DNA of 64,000 nt, from the NCBI GenBank assembly GCA_022822625.1, contig JAJEAV010000033.1:3500-67499 (forward strand). Reading direction: 5' to 3'. Shown in pieces: positions 1-9,268 of this stretch (position 1 is its first letter; the number at the start of each line of letters is the position of its first letter). The translations under genes and the position numbers were made by a program. Below the pieces are notes generated by a model. The model saw only the letters and a list, made by a program, of their open reading frames with translations, was not told the origin of the DNA and did not search any database. Source of the stretch: Gammaproteobacteria bacterium (lineage in GTDB: Bacteria > Pseudomonadota > Gammaproteobacteria > Arenicellales > Poriferihabitantaceae).

Positions 1-903
1 GTGCACGATAATCCCGTTGCTACGCTGGATCAGCAAGTACTTGGCCTTGCATCTCAAACCCTATGCAAGATCGGCTTGCTCCATGGAGACCTTGACGCAT
101 CAGGCGGGCGCTATGCGCCCGTCAAGACGGATGAGCTGCGTTCCAGCGGTTTTGATGCCTGGCTTCTGGGGCATATTCACAAGCCATCCCTGCCACAAAA
201 TTCTGGCAAACCGGCCAGAAACGCTATCGGATACCTAGGATCCCTGGTCGGTCTTGATCCGACAGAAACCGGCCCCCATGGACCGTGGATTCTGAAAATG
301 TCTACAACCGGCATAGATGAAATCAGACAGATTCCGAATGCACCTCTTCGCTGGGAACAGATGAACATCCCGACGGATCAGGCAGACAATACTGAAGAAC
401 TTTCTGACTTGCTGCTCGAACATGCAGTTCAAGCCGTACAAAAAATCAAGGATGATGGGTCCGCACCCCGTGTGTTGGGTATACGTGCAACACTCACAGG
501 CCGTTGTAGCTGTCACAAGGAAGTTCAAGCATGGATCGATAAGCGTGAATTTGAAAAAATACAGCGAATGGTTGGGAGCACATGGATTTTCTACAATAAG
601 GTGGTCAATTTGTCGGACCCGCAGATTGATATAGAAGACATTGCTTCGGGCGATGACCCGGCCGCTTTACTGGCTCAACGGGTTCTTGCCCTGGAAAGTA
701 ACCAGCCCGAAGCAAAAGATCTCATCGAACAGGCACGTATTCAATTGGAAGGAACAGCGAAAGAGAGTTGCTGGTTACCCGTTGACGATCATCGAAATGC
801 CCTTGATGTTCTATCAGATGAATACCTGAGGAATTTACTCATTCGTTCTGGCAGAAACGCCCTCCACAATATGCTGGGGCAGGTGCCGGGAACAGATACA
901 TGA
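1..903 (+). CDS. Metallophosphoesterase, SbcD/Mre11-like nuclease subunit (5'-truncated by the window edge)
   Basis: The frame is open from base 1. It carries a calcineurin-type 'LLGHIHKP' motif. Its stop TGA (901-903) overlaps the ATG (900-902) of the downstream SbcC/YhaN-like ATPase, the classical nuclease+ATPase pairing. Confidence 0.6.
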   Translation: MHDNPVATLDQQVLGLASQTLCKIGLLHGDLDASGGRYAPVKTDELRSSGFDAWLLGHIHKPSLPQNSGKPARNAIGYLGSLVGLDPTETGPHGPWILKMSTTGIDEIRQIPNAPLRWEQMNIPTDQADNTEELSDLLLEHAVQAVQKIKDDGSAPRVLGIRATLTGRCSCHKEVQAWIDKREFEKIQRMVGSTWIFYNKVVNLSDPQIDIEDIASGDDPAALLAQRVLALESNQPEAKDLIEQARIQLEGTAKESCWLPVDDHRNALDVLSDEYLRNLLIRSGRNALHNMLGQVPGTDT

Positions 904-3900
904 TTCTAAAGCGACTGATTGTCAATCGGCTGCCTGGAATCGATTCACCTTTTCAGGTTGAATTCAAGCGGTCTGGGTTTCACATCATTCACGGCCCAAA
1001 TGGGGTGGGAAAGTCCAGCATCTGCAAGGCAATCGAACAATTGTATTGGAGTGACCCAAAAACCAGTATACCGATATCAGTAACTGGGCAATTTGAAATT
1101 GACGGGGTGCTCTGGTCAATTGAACGAGACGGCAAAAACCTCAATTGGTCCCGAGTTGATGGACGGGAATCGAACCATCCTGAATTACCGCCAGCCCATC
1201 AAGCCAAGTGTTTCTTTCTTCAGTTACGGGACTTGATTGATCCGTCACGAGACAGCCTGTCCGATATCGCAACACAGATAAACAGACAAATGGCCGGAGG
1301 CTTCGACCTTGATGCAGTCATTGAATCATTCCCTGAACTGACCAGACATCGAACAAGAAAACTTGGCACTGCCTTTTCCAATGCCAACCTCGACATGGAA
1401 AAAAAACAGGGGGAGCAGTCCAACCTCCAGTCCCGAGAAAGCCTTCTGGAAAAACTTGAAACAGATCTGGTATCAGCCAGGGAACGAGCCAATCAGAAAG
1501 CGAGCATAGACCGGGCATTGGGGTTGCTAGAGAAACGCAAAGAACTTAGTGAGCTACGCGATAAATTCGACAGACTGCCATCCGCAATCGGCAAATTACG
1601 TGGGGATGAGATTGAGAGACTGAATAAGCATGAAGAAAAACTGCAGAATTATTCTGAAGACATCAAGCGGCTTAATCTGGAGATTTCAAAAGCCCGAGAT
1701 GACCAGCAAGACTCCCGGTTATCTGAACCGTTGGATTCGGAGAGCCTCACTGCCCAAAAATCCCGGGCCGACAATTTAAAAGAACTGGAAAAATCCCTAG
1801 ACACCATCAATAGCGATATTGCCGACCAAACAGGTCAACTCGCAAAAGCTATGGAGGCAATCGGCGGTACCGTCAATTCAGATCGCCAGTACAAACTCAA
1901 GGAGCATGCAGGACTGTATGAATTCCTGGGACGATGTATCAGTAATCATAATCAGGAAGAAATTATTACGGAAAGAATAAAGCTTCTTGAACAGAATACG
2001 GTGAAGCCTGTAACAGAATCGAATTCCGATCAGCAAGACAGGGCAATTTCTGCCCTTCAAATGTGGCTCAGAGCATCAGGGTTCCAGGATCCACCTTCTA
2101 TGACAACCAATCTCAAGTGGTGGGTATCAGGCGGGATTGTTTTGGGGTTGCTAGGGGGAATTCTGACTTATGCTGTATCTTCAGCGTTTCTTTTTCTAGT
2201 GGGTGCCGGGTTGGGTCTTCTGATTCCTGTCCTATTCGTGCTTCAACCTACCATCAGTTCTCCGACTACTTACGAATCTCGAGCAGAGGCGGTGGCAATC
2301 TATCGATTAACCGAGCGGGCTGAACCTGATCAATGGGATGTGCCATCTGTTAAAACCTTGCTGGCACAGTTCGAAAACGAAAAATCCACATTATCCGCTA
2401 AGCAGCAGATTGCACAGATACAGCAGTCTGAACTTGAACAACTGAAACTTGGATTGGGAACAATTCAAGCCAAGCAGGAAGCTCTCGAACTTGAACGGCA
2501 GGCACTTGCTGAAGAACTCGACCTTCAGCATATACCGGATATGGAACTTGTCGACTATGCCCGATCTCTTGATCATGTTCGTGAGGTACAAATTGTTCTT
2601 GCTGGACTTCAGGAAAAATATCTTGAATCGCAAGACAATCACTCCCGGAAACTTGAGCAATTGACAGACTATATCACCCAGCATGGAGGTAATGAACCTC
2701 ATGATGCATCTCAGGCAAAAGCAATAATCGATTCGCTGAACGATCGTAGCAATCGCCTGATACAAGCCCGGTCTGAGGAAAATTCGGCTTTACGGCAAAT
2801 CGAAAGAATCAACTCCGAGAAAGAACAGGCCGAACAGGACATTCGAGATATCTTTGAACGCTTGTCGCTTGATCATGGAGATAAGCCGAAACTGAAGGAA
2901 ATGCTGGGTCAACGGGAGACGTATACCGGGTTACATGATGAAATCTCGAGACTCGAAAGTCAGATTGAACTGGTTGTACAGGAACTAGAGTCTGCAAATG
3001 AATCAGAACTGGAAGACTTGTCTGCCGAAAGGCTGGAACAATTCAAGAATAAGGCTGAACAAGCCAAACGGGAAGTTGAAGGTATCTCAGGGGAAATCAG
3101 GGAAATTCAGACTCTTACCGATCAGGCCAAACAGGGAAATTCAATGCAGGATCTGATCGAAAAGCGGGAAAATGCCAGAAGTGATTTACAGGACGGTCTT
3201 GAAACTCAATTGCAGTCACATGCCGTGAAATTTCTGATTGGTCAAGTGAAGGATCAGTATGAACAAAAACGCATACCTCGTGTGTTTGAGCGGGCAAAAT
3301 CTCATTTTGCCCGCTTTACCCGCAACTCTTATGAACTACAGCTTAGTCGCCATGACGGCAAACCGGCCTTGCAAGCAATGGAATTGTACACTGGCAAGGC
3401 GCGTGAACTTGATCACCTGTCAGATGGAACTCGGATCCAGTTGCTGATTGCCGCCCGCATCGCATTTGCCGAAGAGATTGAAGGAGGTCTGACATTACCG
3501 TTCTTTCTTGATGAAGCACTGGATCAAAGCGACCCGCAACGTTTTGAAGCCATCGTAAGTTGCCTGGGACAGATCTCGGCTGATCAAAACAGGCAAATTG
3601 TGTATCTTACGAGCGACCCGGTTGATCAGATTCGAATTGAAAATGCCCTGAAGCCTACAGACTGCAAGATTGCTTCTGCCATTGACCTGGGAGCAATTCG
3701 AAAAATGTCGGCTAGCGTAGATGACATTACCAAACTCGAAATCAATCCGGAAACAGACATTCCGGTACCATCCGGACTATCATACTCGCAATATTCCATC
3801 AATCTGGATGTGCCTGAATTGATACCGACTCGAGGATGGCATAGTCAGTCGATTAGCTATGTCTTGCCCGAGGACAGCGAACTGTTACACAGGTTCTACA

Positions 3901-4409
3901 AGAACGGCATTCAATCCGCCGGGCAATGGAACACTGTTGCAGGACAGCCACTCGCTGATAAATTATGCAATGGAATCATCGCCCCGGAAGAGGTGGGAAA
4001 TCGAATCGAATTACTCAAGGTATTCTGCGAGCTGTGGTCATTAGGTCGAGGCCACCCTGTATATCGACATGATCTGGAGAACAGTGATGCAATAAGCGAT
4101 CGATATATTCAGGGTATTTCGGATGTTTCCAGGGAAATCAAGGGGAATGCCTCAAGGCTAGTCGAAATATTGCGGGAAAGAAGCGATGAGAGAACCAGCG
4201 GCTTTCGTGTAAGCCAAATCGATAAACTTGAACAGTATTTCCTGAACAATGGTCACATTGAAGATCGTGCAGTGCTGGATGAAGATGAACTGTTACTCAG
4301 GATACGTACAACTCCGGTAGCAAACAATCTTTCGGAAGATACAAGTCTACAGCTGATTCGTAAATGGCAGATTCTGGCAGACAGATTTTCCGGTTCACAA
4401 TCCGTTTAA
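900..4409 (+). CDS. SbcC/Rad50-like AAA ATPase of the YhaN type (1169 aa) with coiled-coil arms, a central membrane hairpin and a C-terminal extension
   Basis: Walker A 'GPNGVGKSS' lies near the N-terminus, followed by long E/K/L/Q-rich coiled-coil stretches. A hydrophobic segment 'KWWVSGGIVLGLLGGILTYAVSSAFLFLVGAGLGLLIPVLFVLQP' spans nt ~2115-2249. The signature/Walker B 'LSDGTRIQLL...FFLDEALDQSD' is at nt ~3418-3530. About 250 aa follow the ATPase C-lobe with no motif I recognise. Confidence 0.75.
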   Translation: MILKRLIVNRLPGIDSPFQVEFKRSGFHIIHGPNGVGKSSICKAIEQLYWSDPKTSIPISVTGQFEIDGVLWSIERDGKNLNWSRVDGRESNHPELPPAHQAKCFFLQLRDLIDPSRDSLSDIATQINRQMAGGFDLDAVIESFPELTRHRTRKLGTAFSNANLDMEKKQGEQSNLQSRESLLEKLETDLVSARERANQKASIDRALGLLEKRKELSELRDKFDRLPSAIGKLRGDEIERLNKHEEKLQNYSEDIKRLNLEISKARDDQQDSRLSEPLDSESLTAQKSRADNLKELEKSLDTINSDIADQTGQLAKAMEAIGGTVNSDRQYKLKEHAGLYEFLGRCISNHNQEEIITERIKLLEQNTVKPVTESNSDQQDRAISALQMWLRASGFQDPPSMTTNLKWWVSGGIVLGLLGGILTYAVSSAFLFLVGAGLGLLIPVLFVLQPTISSPTTYESRAEAVAIYRLTERAEPDQWDVPSVKTLLAQFENEKSTLSAKQQIAQIQQSELEQLKLGLGTIQAKQEALELERQALAEELDLQHIPDMELVDYARSLDHVREVQIVLAGLQEKYLESQDNHSRKLEQLTDYITQHGGNEPHDASQAKAIIDSLNDRSNRLIQARSEENSALRQIERINSEKEQAEQDIRDIFERLSLDHGDKPKLKEMLGQRETYTGLHDEISRLESQIELVVQELESANESELEDLSAERLEQFKNKAEQAKREVEGISGEIREIQTLTDQAKQGNSMQDLIEKRENARSDLQDGLETQLQSHAVKFLIGQVKDQYEQKRIPRVFERAKSHFARFTRNSYELQLSRHDGKPALQAMELYTGKARELDHLSDGTRIQLLIAARIAFAEEIEGGLTLPFFLDEALDQSDPQRFEAIVSCLGQISADQNRQIVYLTSDPVDQIRIENALKPTDCKIASAIDLGAIRKMSASVDDITKLEINPETDIPVPSGLSYSQYSINLDVPELIPTRGWHSQSISYVLPEDSELLHRFYKNGIQSAGQWNTVAGQPLADKLCNGIIAPEEVGNRIELLKVFCELWSLGRGHPVYRHDLENSDAISDRYIQGISDVSREIKGNASRLVEILRERSDERTSGFRVSQIDKLEQYFLNNGHIEDRAVLDEDELLLRIRTTPVANNLSEDTSLQLIRKWQILADRFSGSQSV

Positions 4410-5053
4410 GAGATGTTCTTCTCGAATTCAGAAATCTGCCTCAAGTTTCCTCCCTGCCAAAGATAAAACATGACCAGAGGTTCATCACAAGTTTCAAAAG
4501 AGTGAGGAACTGAACAAGGGACAAAAACAATCTCTCCTGATTTTCTGAATGACCTTGGCTGACCGCGCCCAACCTGAAATCTGGCAGACCCATGGAGTAT
4601 CCAGTAAATCTCCTCTGCATCATGCCAATGCAGGGGATATTCCACATTTGGCCCCCAAACCCCTACTCCACTTCGCAGTTGATCACTGATGAAGGGCCCT
4701 CGTTGTCCGGTGATTTCAGAAAAGGCATACCCGGCCAAAAGTGCATCTCCTACTACACGGTCTGCCTTGCTATAGGTCTGCTCCCAGAATAATGATTCAC
4801 GATATGTGATGAATTGAGACAAGAGCTTTCCCGAGAACGTCCAGATATCCGGTTCGATCTCACTGATCAATCCGGTAACCGGCAACACCCTGGACCCAAC
4901 ATCACACCAGCGTTTCTGAATACCTCTGAAACCATCTTCAAATTTTCGGACATGCGAATTTTCACTTTCGGTAACCATCCGTTTCATTGTCGAGAGAATT
5001 TCAGAATGTATCGACCGAGTTCCAGACACTCCGGCAGCTTCTTCAATCGCCAT
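4406..5053 (-). CDS. Cupin-domain protein with a DMSP-lyase-type (DddL/DddK-like) metal motif
   Basis: 'YPLHWHDAEEIYWILHG' matches the HxHxxxExY cupin motif 1 used by cupin DMSP lyases. 'VFVPCSVPHSF' supplies the second-motif His. The 215 aa length fits, and the gene lies directly downstream of the M24 gene on the same strand. Confidence 0.5.
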   Translation of the reverse strand: MAIEEAAGVSGTRSIHSEILSTMKRMVTESENSHVRKFEDGFRGIQKRWCDVGSRVLPVTGLISEIEPDIWTFSGKLLSQFITYRESLFWEQTYSKADRVVGDALLAGYAFSEITGQRGPFISDQLRSGVGVWGPNVEYPLHWHDAEEIYWILHGSARFQVGRGQPRSFRKSGEIVFVPCSVPHSFETCDEPLVMFYLWQGGNLRQISEFEKNIS

Positions 5054-5071
5054 GGACCTGTCGGGTTTAAT

Positions 5072-6223
5072 TCAAATCACTATCATATCGGTAGAATACC
5101 GACTCAACCTCTCAATTCCACCATCAGTGACCCGCACTGTCTGGCCAAGAGTCATTGAATTGCCTGACTGACTATTCATCAGGATGATGTGCACAAAAAA
5201 CACGTTATTGGCTTGCATGACATAGGAGTTGTCAGCATAGAACATCGGATAGTCCATCCAGATCGGACTGAACATGGCCCCAAGGCTATATCCACATGCA
5301 TTCATTCTATGTTCCCTATAGCCATGTTCATCCAGAACCCTTGCATGCTCTGCAAATACCGTACCCATCGTTTCGCCCGGACGAATTGAGTCCAGACATG
5401 CCTCCATTGCTTCAGAGCAGGCCATATGCATGTGTTTGTGCTCTTCAGACACATCGCCAATCAGGAATGTTTGCATGAGGCATGCATGGTAGCGTCGATA
5501 CGCTCCCGCATACTCAAGGGTCAGTTGATCCCTCTGGTCCAGCGTTCTTCGACCTGAAAAATATCGGCATAACAGACCACCTGCGCCGGAACCAATAATG
5601 AATTCATTTCCGGGATAATCTCCGCCTCCACGAAATACGGAAGATTGCATCGCAGCGAGAATATCTCCTTCAAAGACCCCAGGGCCGGTCGTCTCGATAG
5701 CCGCTGTCATGGCATCATCAGCAAGTTCTGCGGCCCGCTTCACGAAAACAATTTCTGAATCGCTCTTGACCGCACGAATCGCTCCAACCAGGGATGATGC
5801 ATCCCTGAGTTCACAGAATCCATGTAATGCCTGTTCCAGACCCTTGCCATGTGCCGCAGACAGCCCATATGCGTTGTATTCACATCCCAGTGTTTTCCCG
5901 GAAATCCCATAGTCGGATAATGCATTTTGCAAATCCATGTATGGATCAGCATATTCTCCATCCATCCAAACCCGGATATCCTGAATATCCGAAGTATGTT
6001 GGGCTTGACGGAGATCCGGGGCACGGGTCAGAAGAAAGTATCGGCCATCAACTCCTAGATATAAACATTGGAAAAAGCAGAACCCAAAAGTGTCGTAGCC
6101 GGTTAGATAGTACATGCTCTCTTGCTTGAAAATGAGCAGTCCATCCAGTCCCTGATTCGTAAGTTCTGCAATAACCCTGGTTCTACGCCGAATTAATTCG
6201 GATGTTTCAAAATGTAATGACAT
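5072..6223 (-). CDS. M24-family (creatinase/prolidase-fold) hydrolase
   Basis: The 383 aa protein has a Creatinase_N-like N-terminus ('LDGLLIFKQESMYYLTGYDT') and a pita-bread C-terminal domain ending 'VRVTDGGIERLS'. Canonical Asp/Asp/His/Glu/Glu ligands are not obvious by eye (see findings). Confidence 0.7.
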   Translation of the reverse strand: MSLHFETSELIRRRTRVIAELTNQGLDGLLIFKQESMYYLTGYDTFGFCFFQCLYLGVDGRYFLLTRAPDLRQAQHTSDIQDIRVWMDGEYADPYMDLQNALSDYGISGKTLGCEYNAYGLSAAHGKGLEQALHGFCELRDASSLVGAIRAVKSDSEIVFVKRAAELADDAMTAAIETTGPGVFEGDILAAMQSSVFRGGGDYPGNEFIIGSGAGGLLCRYFSGRRTLDQRDQLTLEYAGAYRRYHACLMQTFLIGDVSEEHKHMHMACSEAMEACLDSIRPGETMGTVFAEHARVLDEHGYREHRMNACGYSLGAMFSPIWMDYPMFYADNSYVMQANNVFFVHIILMNSQSGNSMTLGQTVRVTDGGIERLSRYSTDMIVI

Positions 6224-6364
6224 AATTGGTATTCCTGTTCAAGATTATTGAGTTTCATGTAATATGGAAATTGAATCATGCGGTGCCTAAAGACGATGCA
6301 GCGGTGCTGATTGCTGTATAACTGCTTCCGGACATGAGTGTCAGAAAATAGAAGAAAACAGCAC

Positions 6365-6901
6365 TTAAGAATAGAGATGTCGAAGTCGCTGTTCATCTCG
6401 AACCAGCTCCGCGCACTCATGCCAGTATTTGATATTCCAAGATTTCTCTGCTTTCCCGGAAGTGCTTGGAAGAACGAAAACTATCGACTCGACAAGCGTT
6501 TCCGTCTCACACGCCTTGCCATAGTCTATCTGGTTTCTACCAAGTGCTACTTGCGCTGCCTTTTTGCTATTGAAAGCGATTATGCGGGGATTGTAAGTAT
6601 TCATCTTCTCCCAAAATTCCGCTGCATTGAAATCACTTTGATCAAGCTTGGCATCTACCCCACTGACGTGCTTGGCGAGATCAGTTAGTCCGATCCCGAA
6701 ATCAGTCAAATCCGCGAACTCTGATGGAGCAATCTGCCTAGGAGTCAGTCCGGTTTTATAGAGGGTACGCCAGAATTTGTTTCCTGGACCTGCGTAGTAG
6801 GTTTTTGTGGATGCCGATTTCGGTCCGGCCGCCGTCCCACAAATTACCAAATCCAGCCCCGGTCGCAACAAATCAGGAAGCTTATGCATACCAATCCTCA
6901 C
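6365..6901 (-). CDS. Uracil-DNA glycosylase superfamily protein, MUG/TDG-like
   Basis: 'PGLDLVICGTAAGPKSA...YYAGPGNKFWRTLYKTGLTP' parallels E. coli Mug 'PGLRVVFCGINPGLSSA...FAHPANRFWKVIYQAGFT'. 'VFVLPSTSG' parallels 'WVLPNPSG'. Length is 178 aa. Confidence 0.6.
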   Translation of the reverse strand: MRIGMHKLPDLLRPGLDLVICGTAAGPKSASTKTYYAGPGNKFWRTLYKTGLTPRQIAPSEFADLTDFGIGLTDLAKHVSGVDAKLDQSDFNAAEFWEKMNTYNPRIIAFNSKKAAQVALGRNQIDYGKACETETLVESIVFVLPSTSGKAEKSWNIKYWHECAELVRDEQRLRHLYS

Positions 6902-7093
6902 AATTTATAATCAGAACAAGGCGGATCAATATATTGTTCCTTTTATAGGTCAATTTAGCCGACAGGAAATTATAAGACCAAATCAGATTGTCTGTTGATA
7001 TTGATTTGAATTGCGACTGTCGGATTATGATTCCGATAATTTTCTATTCAAGTATAATTTCACAACCCCCCTAATTCCTGATTCTTATCCCTC

Positions 7094-8398
7094 ATGCCAC
7101 GGCCAATCCGAACACGATTCGACACCCTCTCCCTGCATGCCGGTCAGCGGCCTGACCCTGTTCATGGTGCACGGGCAGTTCCTATCTATCAAACCACAAG
7201 TTACGTATTCAGAGACAGCGATCACGCAGCATCACTGTTCAACATGGAAAGGCCCGGACATGCCTACTCTCGTCTTTCCAACCCGACAACAGCCGTACTC
7301 GAAGAACGAATTGCAGCACTTGAAGATGGAATTGGAGGCATTGCAACTTCAAGCGGTCAGGCAGCGCTCCACCTTGCAATTGCCACCATCATGGGATCCG
7401 GCTCACACATTGTCTCTTCAAGCGCCATCTACGGTGGGTCCCATAATCTATTCGAATATACCCTGCCCCGATTCGGTATTGAAACGACCTTCGTCTCGCC
7501 ACGTGACATAGACGGCATTCGCCAGGCTATCCGCCCGAATACCCGGCTGATCTTTGGTGAAACCATCGGCAACCCCGGTAATGACATCATGAACATTCCG
7601 GTTATTGCTGAAATTGCCCATGAGCACAAAATCCCCCTAATGATCGACTCGACATTTACCACTCCATACCTGATGAAGCCCTTTGAGCATGGGGCGAATC
7701 TGATCATGCATTCGGCCACCAAATTCCTATGTGGACATGGCACGGTCATTGGCGGCGTTCTGGTTGATCATGGCCGTTTTGACTGGGAGACAAGCGGTAA
7801 ATTTGAAACACTTTCAGAACCTTACTCTGGATTTCACGAAATGACTTTTGATGAAGAAATGAGTCAGGGGGGATTTCTGCTAAGGGCTCGTCGCGAGGGG
7901 ATGCGGGACTTTGGAGCATGCATGGCTCCAACCGTGGCTTTCTATATCCTGCAGGGCATTGAGACTCTCTCGCTCAGAATGCAGCGGCATATCGAAAACG
8001 CTCGAAAAATTGTCGAATTCCTGCAGTCATCGGATCAAGTTGAAGAAGTCAGTTATCCCGAACTGCCTGAACACCCAGACTATGAGTTGGCAAAGACTCT
8101 GCTTCCGCGTGGGGCAGGATCCATCTTCAGCTTCTCATTAAAGGGGGGGCGCAAGGCCGGACAGGCATTTACCGAAGGACTCGAGGTTTTTTCGCATTTG
8201 GCGAATGTTGGAGATGCAAAGTCCCTGATCATTCATCCGGCCAGTACGACTCACCACCGCATGAGCAAGGAAGATCTGGAAAAATCTGGAATTACCGAGG
8301 GTACTATTCGATTGTCGGTCGGACTTGAAGATATTGACGACCTGACTGAAGATCTGTCAAAAGGTTTGCATCTCGCAAAAAAAGTTGCCAGAAAATAG
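7094..8398 (+). CDS. metY: O-acetylhomoserine sulfhydrylase (aminocarboxypropyltransferase)
   Basis: 'FDTLSLHAGQ...AVPIYQTTSYVF' N-terminus, PLP-lysine context 'HSATKFLCGHG', and 'SLIIHPASTTH'. Length is 434 aa. Confidence 0.85.
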   Translation: MPRPIRTRFDTLSLHAGQRPDPVHGARAVPIYQTTSYVFRDSDHAASLFNMERPGHAYSRLSNPTTAVLEERIAALEDGIGGIATSSGQAALHLAIATIMGSGSHIVSSSAIYGGSHNLFEYTLPRFGIETTFVSPRDIDGIRQAIRPNTRLIFGETIGNPGNDIMNIPVIAEIAHEHKIPLMIDSTFTTPYLMKPFEHGANLIMHSATKFLCGHGTVIGGVLVDHGRFDWETSGKFETLSEPYSGFHEMTFDEEMSQGGFLLRARREGMRDFGACMAPTVAFYILQGIETLSLRMQRHIENARKIVEFLQSSDQVEEVSYPELPEHPDYELAKTLLPRGAGSIFSFSLKGGRKAGQAFTEGLEVFSHLANVGDAKSLIIHPASTTHHRMSKEDLEKSGITEGTIRLSVGLEDIDDLTEDLSKGLHLAKKVARK

Positions 8399-8412
8399 AC
8401 GATATTGAACAC

Positions 8413-9210
8413 ATGTATATCTCTCTGAACGATACACGATACTACGCTTATACCGGTACTCATAAATTCAATCCCATTCTGGAAACCGTTGTATTCGTAC
8501 ATGGTGCCTCCATGGATCATTCTGTCTGGTCCCATCAAAGCCGATATTTTGCCTATCACGGGTACAATGTATTGGCGGTGGATCTTCCGGGGCACAAGCT
8601 CAGCCAGGGCGATCTTCTATCCAGTATCGAAGACATGGCAAGGTGGCTTGTCAACATTTTGGGCAGTGCCGACTGTCGGTCAATCCATCTAGTTGGCCAC
8701 AGCATGGGAGCACTGATGGTGCTTGAGGCAGCATCACAACTTGATTCCGAGGCACATAACCTCAAATCACTCTCCCTGGTCGGATTTTGCTATCCAATGC
8801 AGGTTGCTCCGGCACTCATGAATGCAGCCAGGGAAAATCCAAGCAAGGCATACTCCATGATGACGCAGTGGAGTCATGCGTCAAGAACGGGAGGTGAGCC
8901 TGTGCCGGGGTTCTGGTCTGCGGGCATGCAAATGAGCATGATGGAAAATAACGATAAGGATGCCATCTACTGCAATTTGCAGGCGTGCAATAATTATACG
9001 GGCGGCGAACAGGCCTTCGGACGGGTACAGTGCCCTATTCTGTTCGTCAGCGGAAAACTCGACAAGATGGCACCTGCAAAACTAGCCGTACAGGAGGCGA
9101 AAAAAAACAAGAACGCGAAAATCGAACTCATCGATGGATGTGGACACAATCTCATGTTCGAATCACCCGACGGCGTCCTTGATAGCCTGAATAGATTTAT
9201 TCGTCGCTAG
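8413..9210 (+). CDS. Alpha/beta-fold hydrolase
   Basis: 'VVFVHGASMDHSVW' (HG oxyanion region), nucleophile elbow 'GHSMGA', and C-terminal 'GCGHNLMFESP' His motif. Confidence 0.7.
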   Translation: MYISLNDTRYYAYTGTHKFNPILETVVFVHGASMDHSVWSHQSRYFAYHGYNVLAVDLPGHKLSQGDLLSSIEDMARWLVNILGSADCRSIHLVGHSMGALMVLEAASQLDSEAHNLKSLSLVGFCYPMQVAPALMNAARENPSKAYSMMTQWSHASRTGGEPVPGFWSAGMQMSMMENNDKDAIYCNLQACNNYTGGEQAFGRVQCPILFVSGKLDKMAPAKLAVQEAKKNKNAKIELIDGCGHNLMFESPDGVLDSLNRFIRR

Positions 9211-9268
9211 ACACGCACCCATATCACCCTCTTCACTATAAACTTCTTTCTCGAAAGATTCATGGCTT

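Noticed and set aside
6902-7093. A SAM-type riboswitch or MetJ boxes upstream of metY.
   Set aside because: I could not recognise any SAM riboswitch core or tandem AGACGTCT-like met boxes by eye. Only a TATAAT hexamer at 7053-7058 stands out, without a convincing -35 element.
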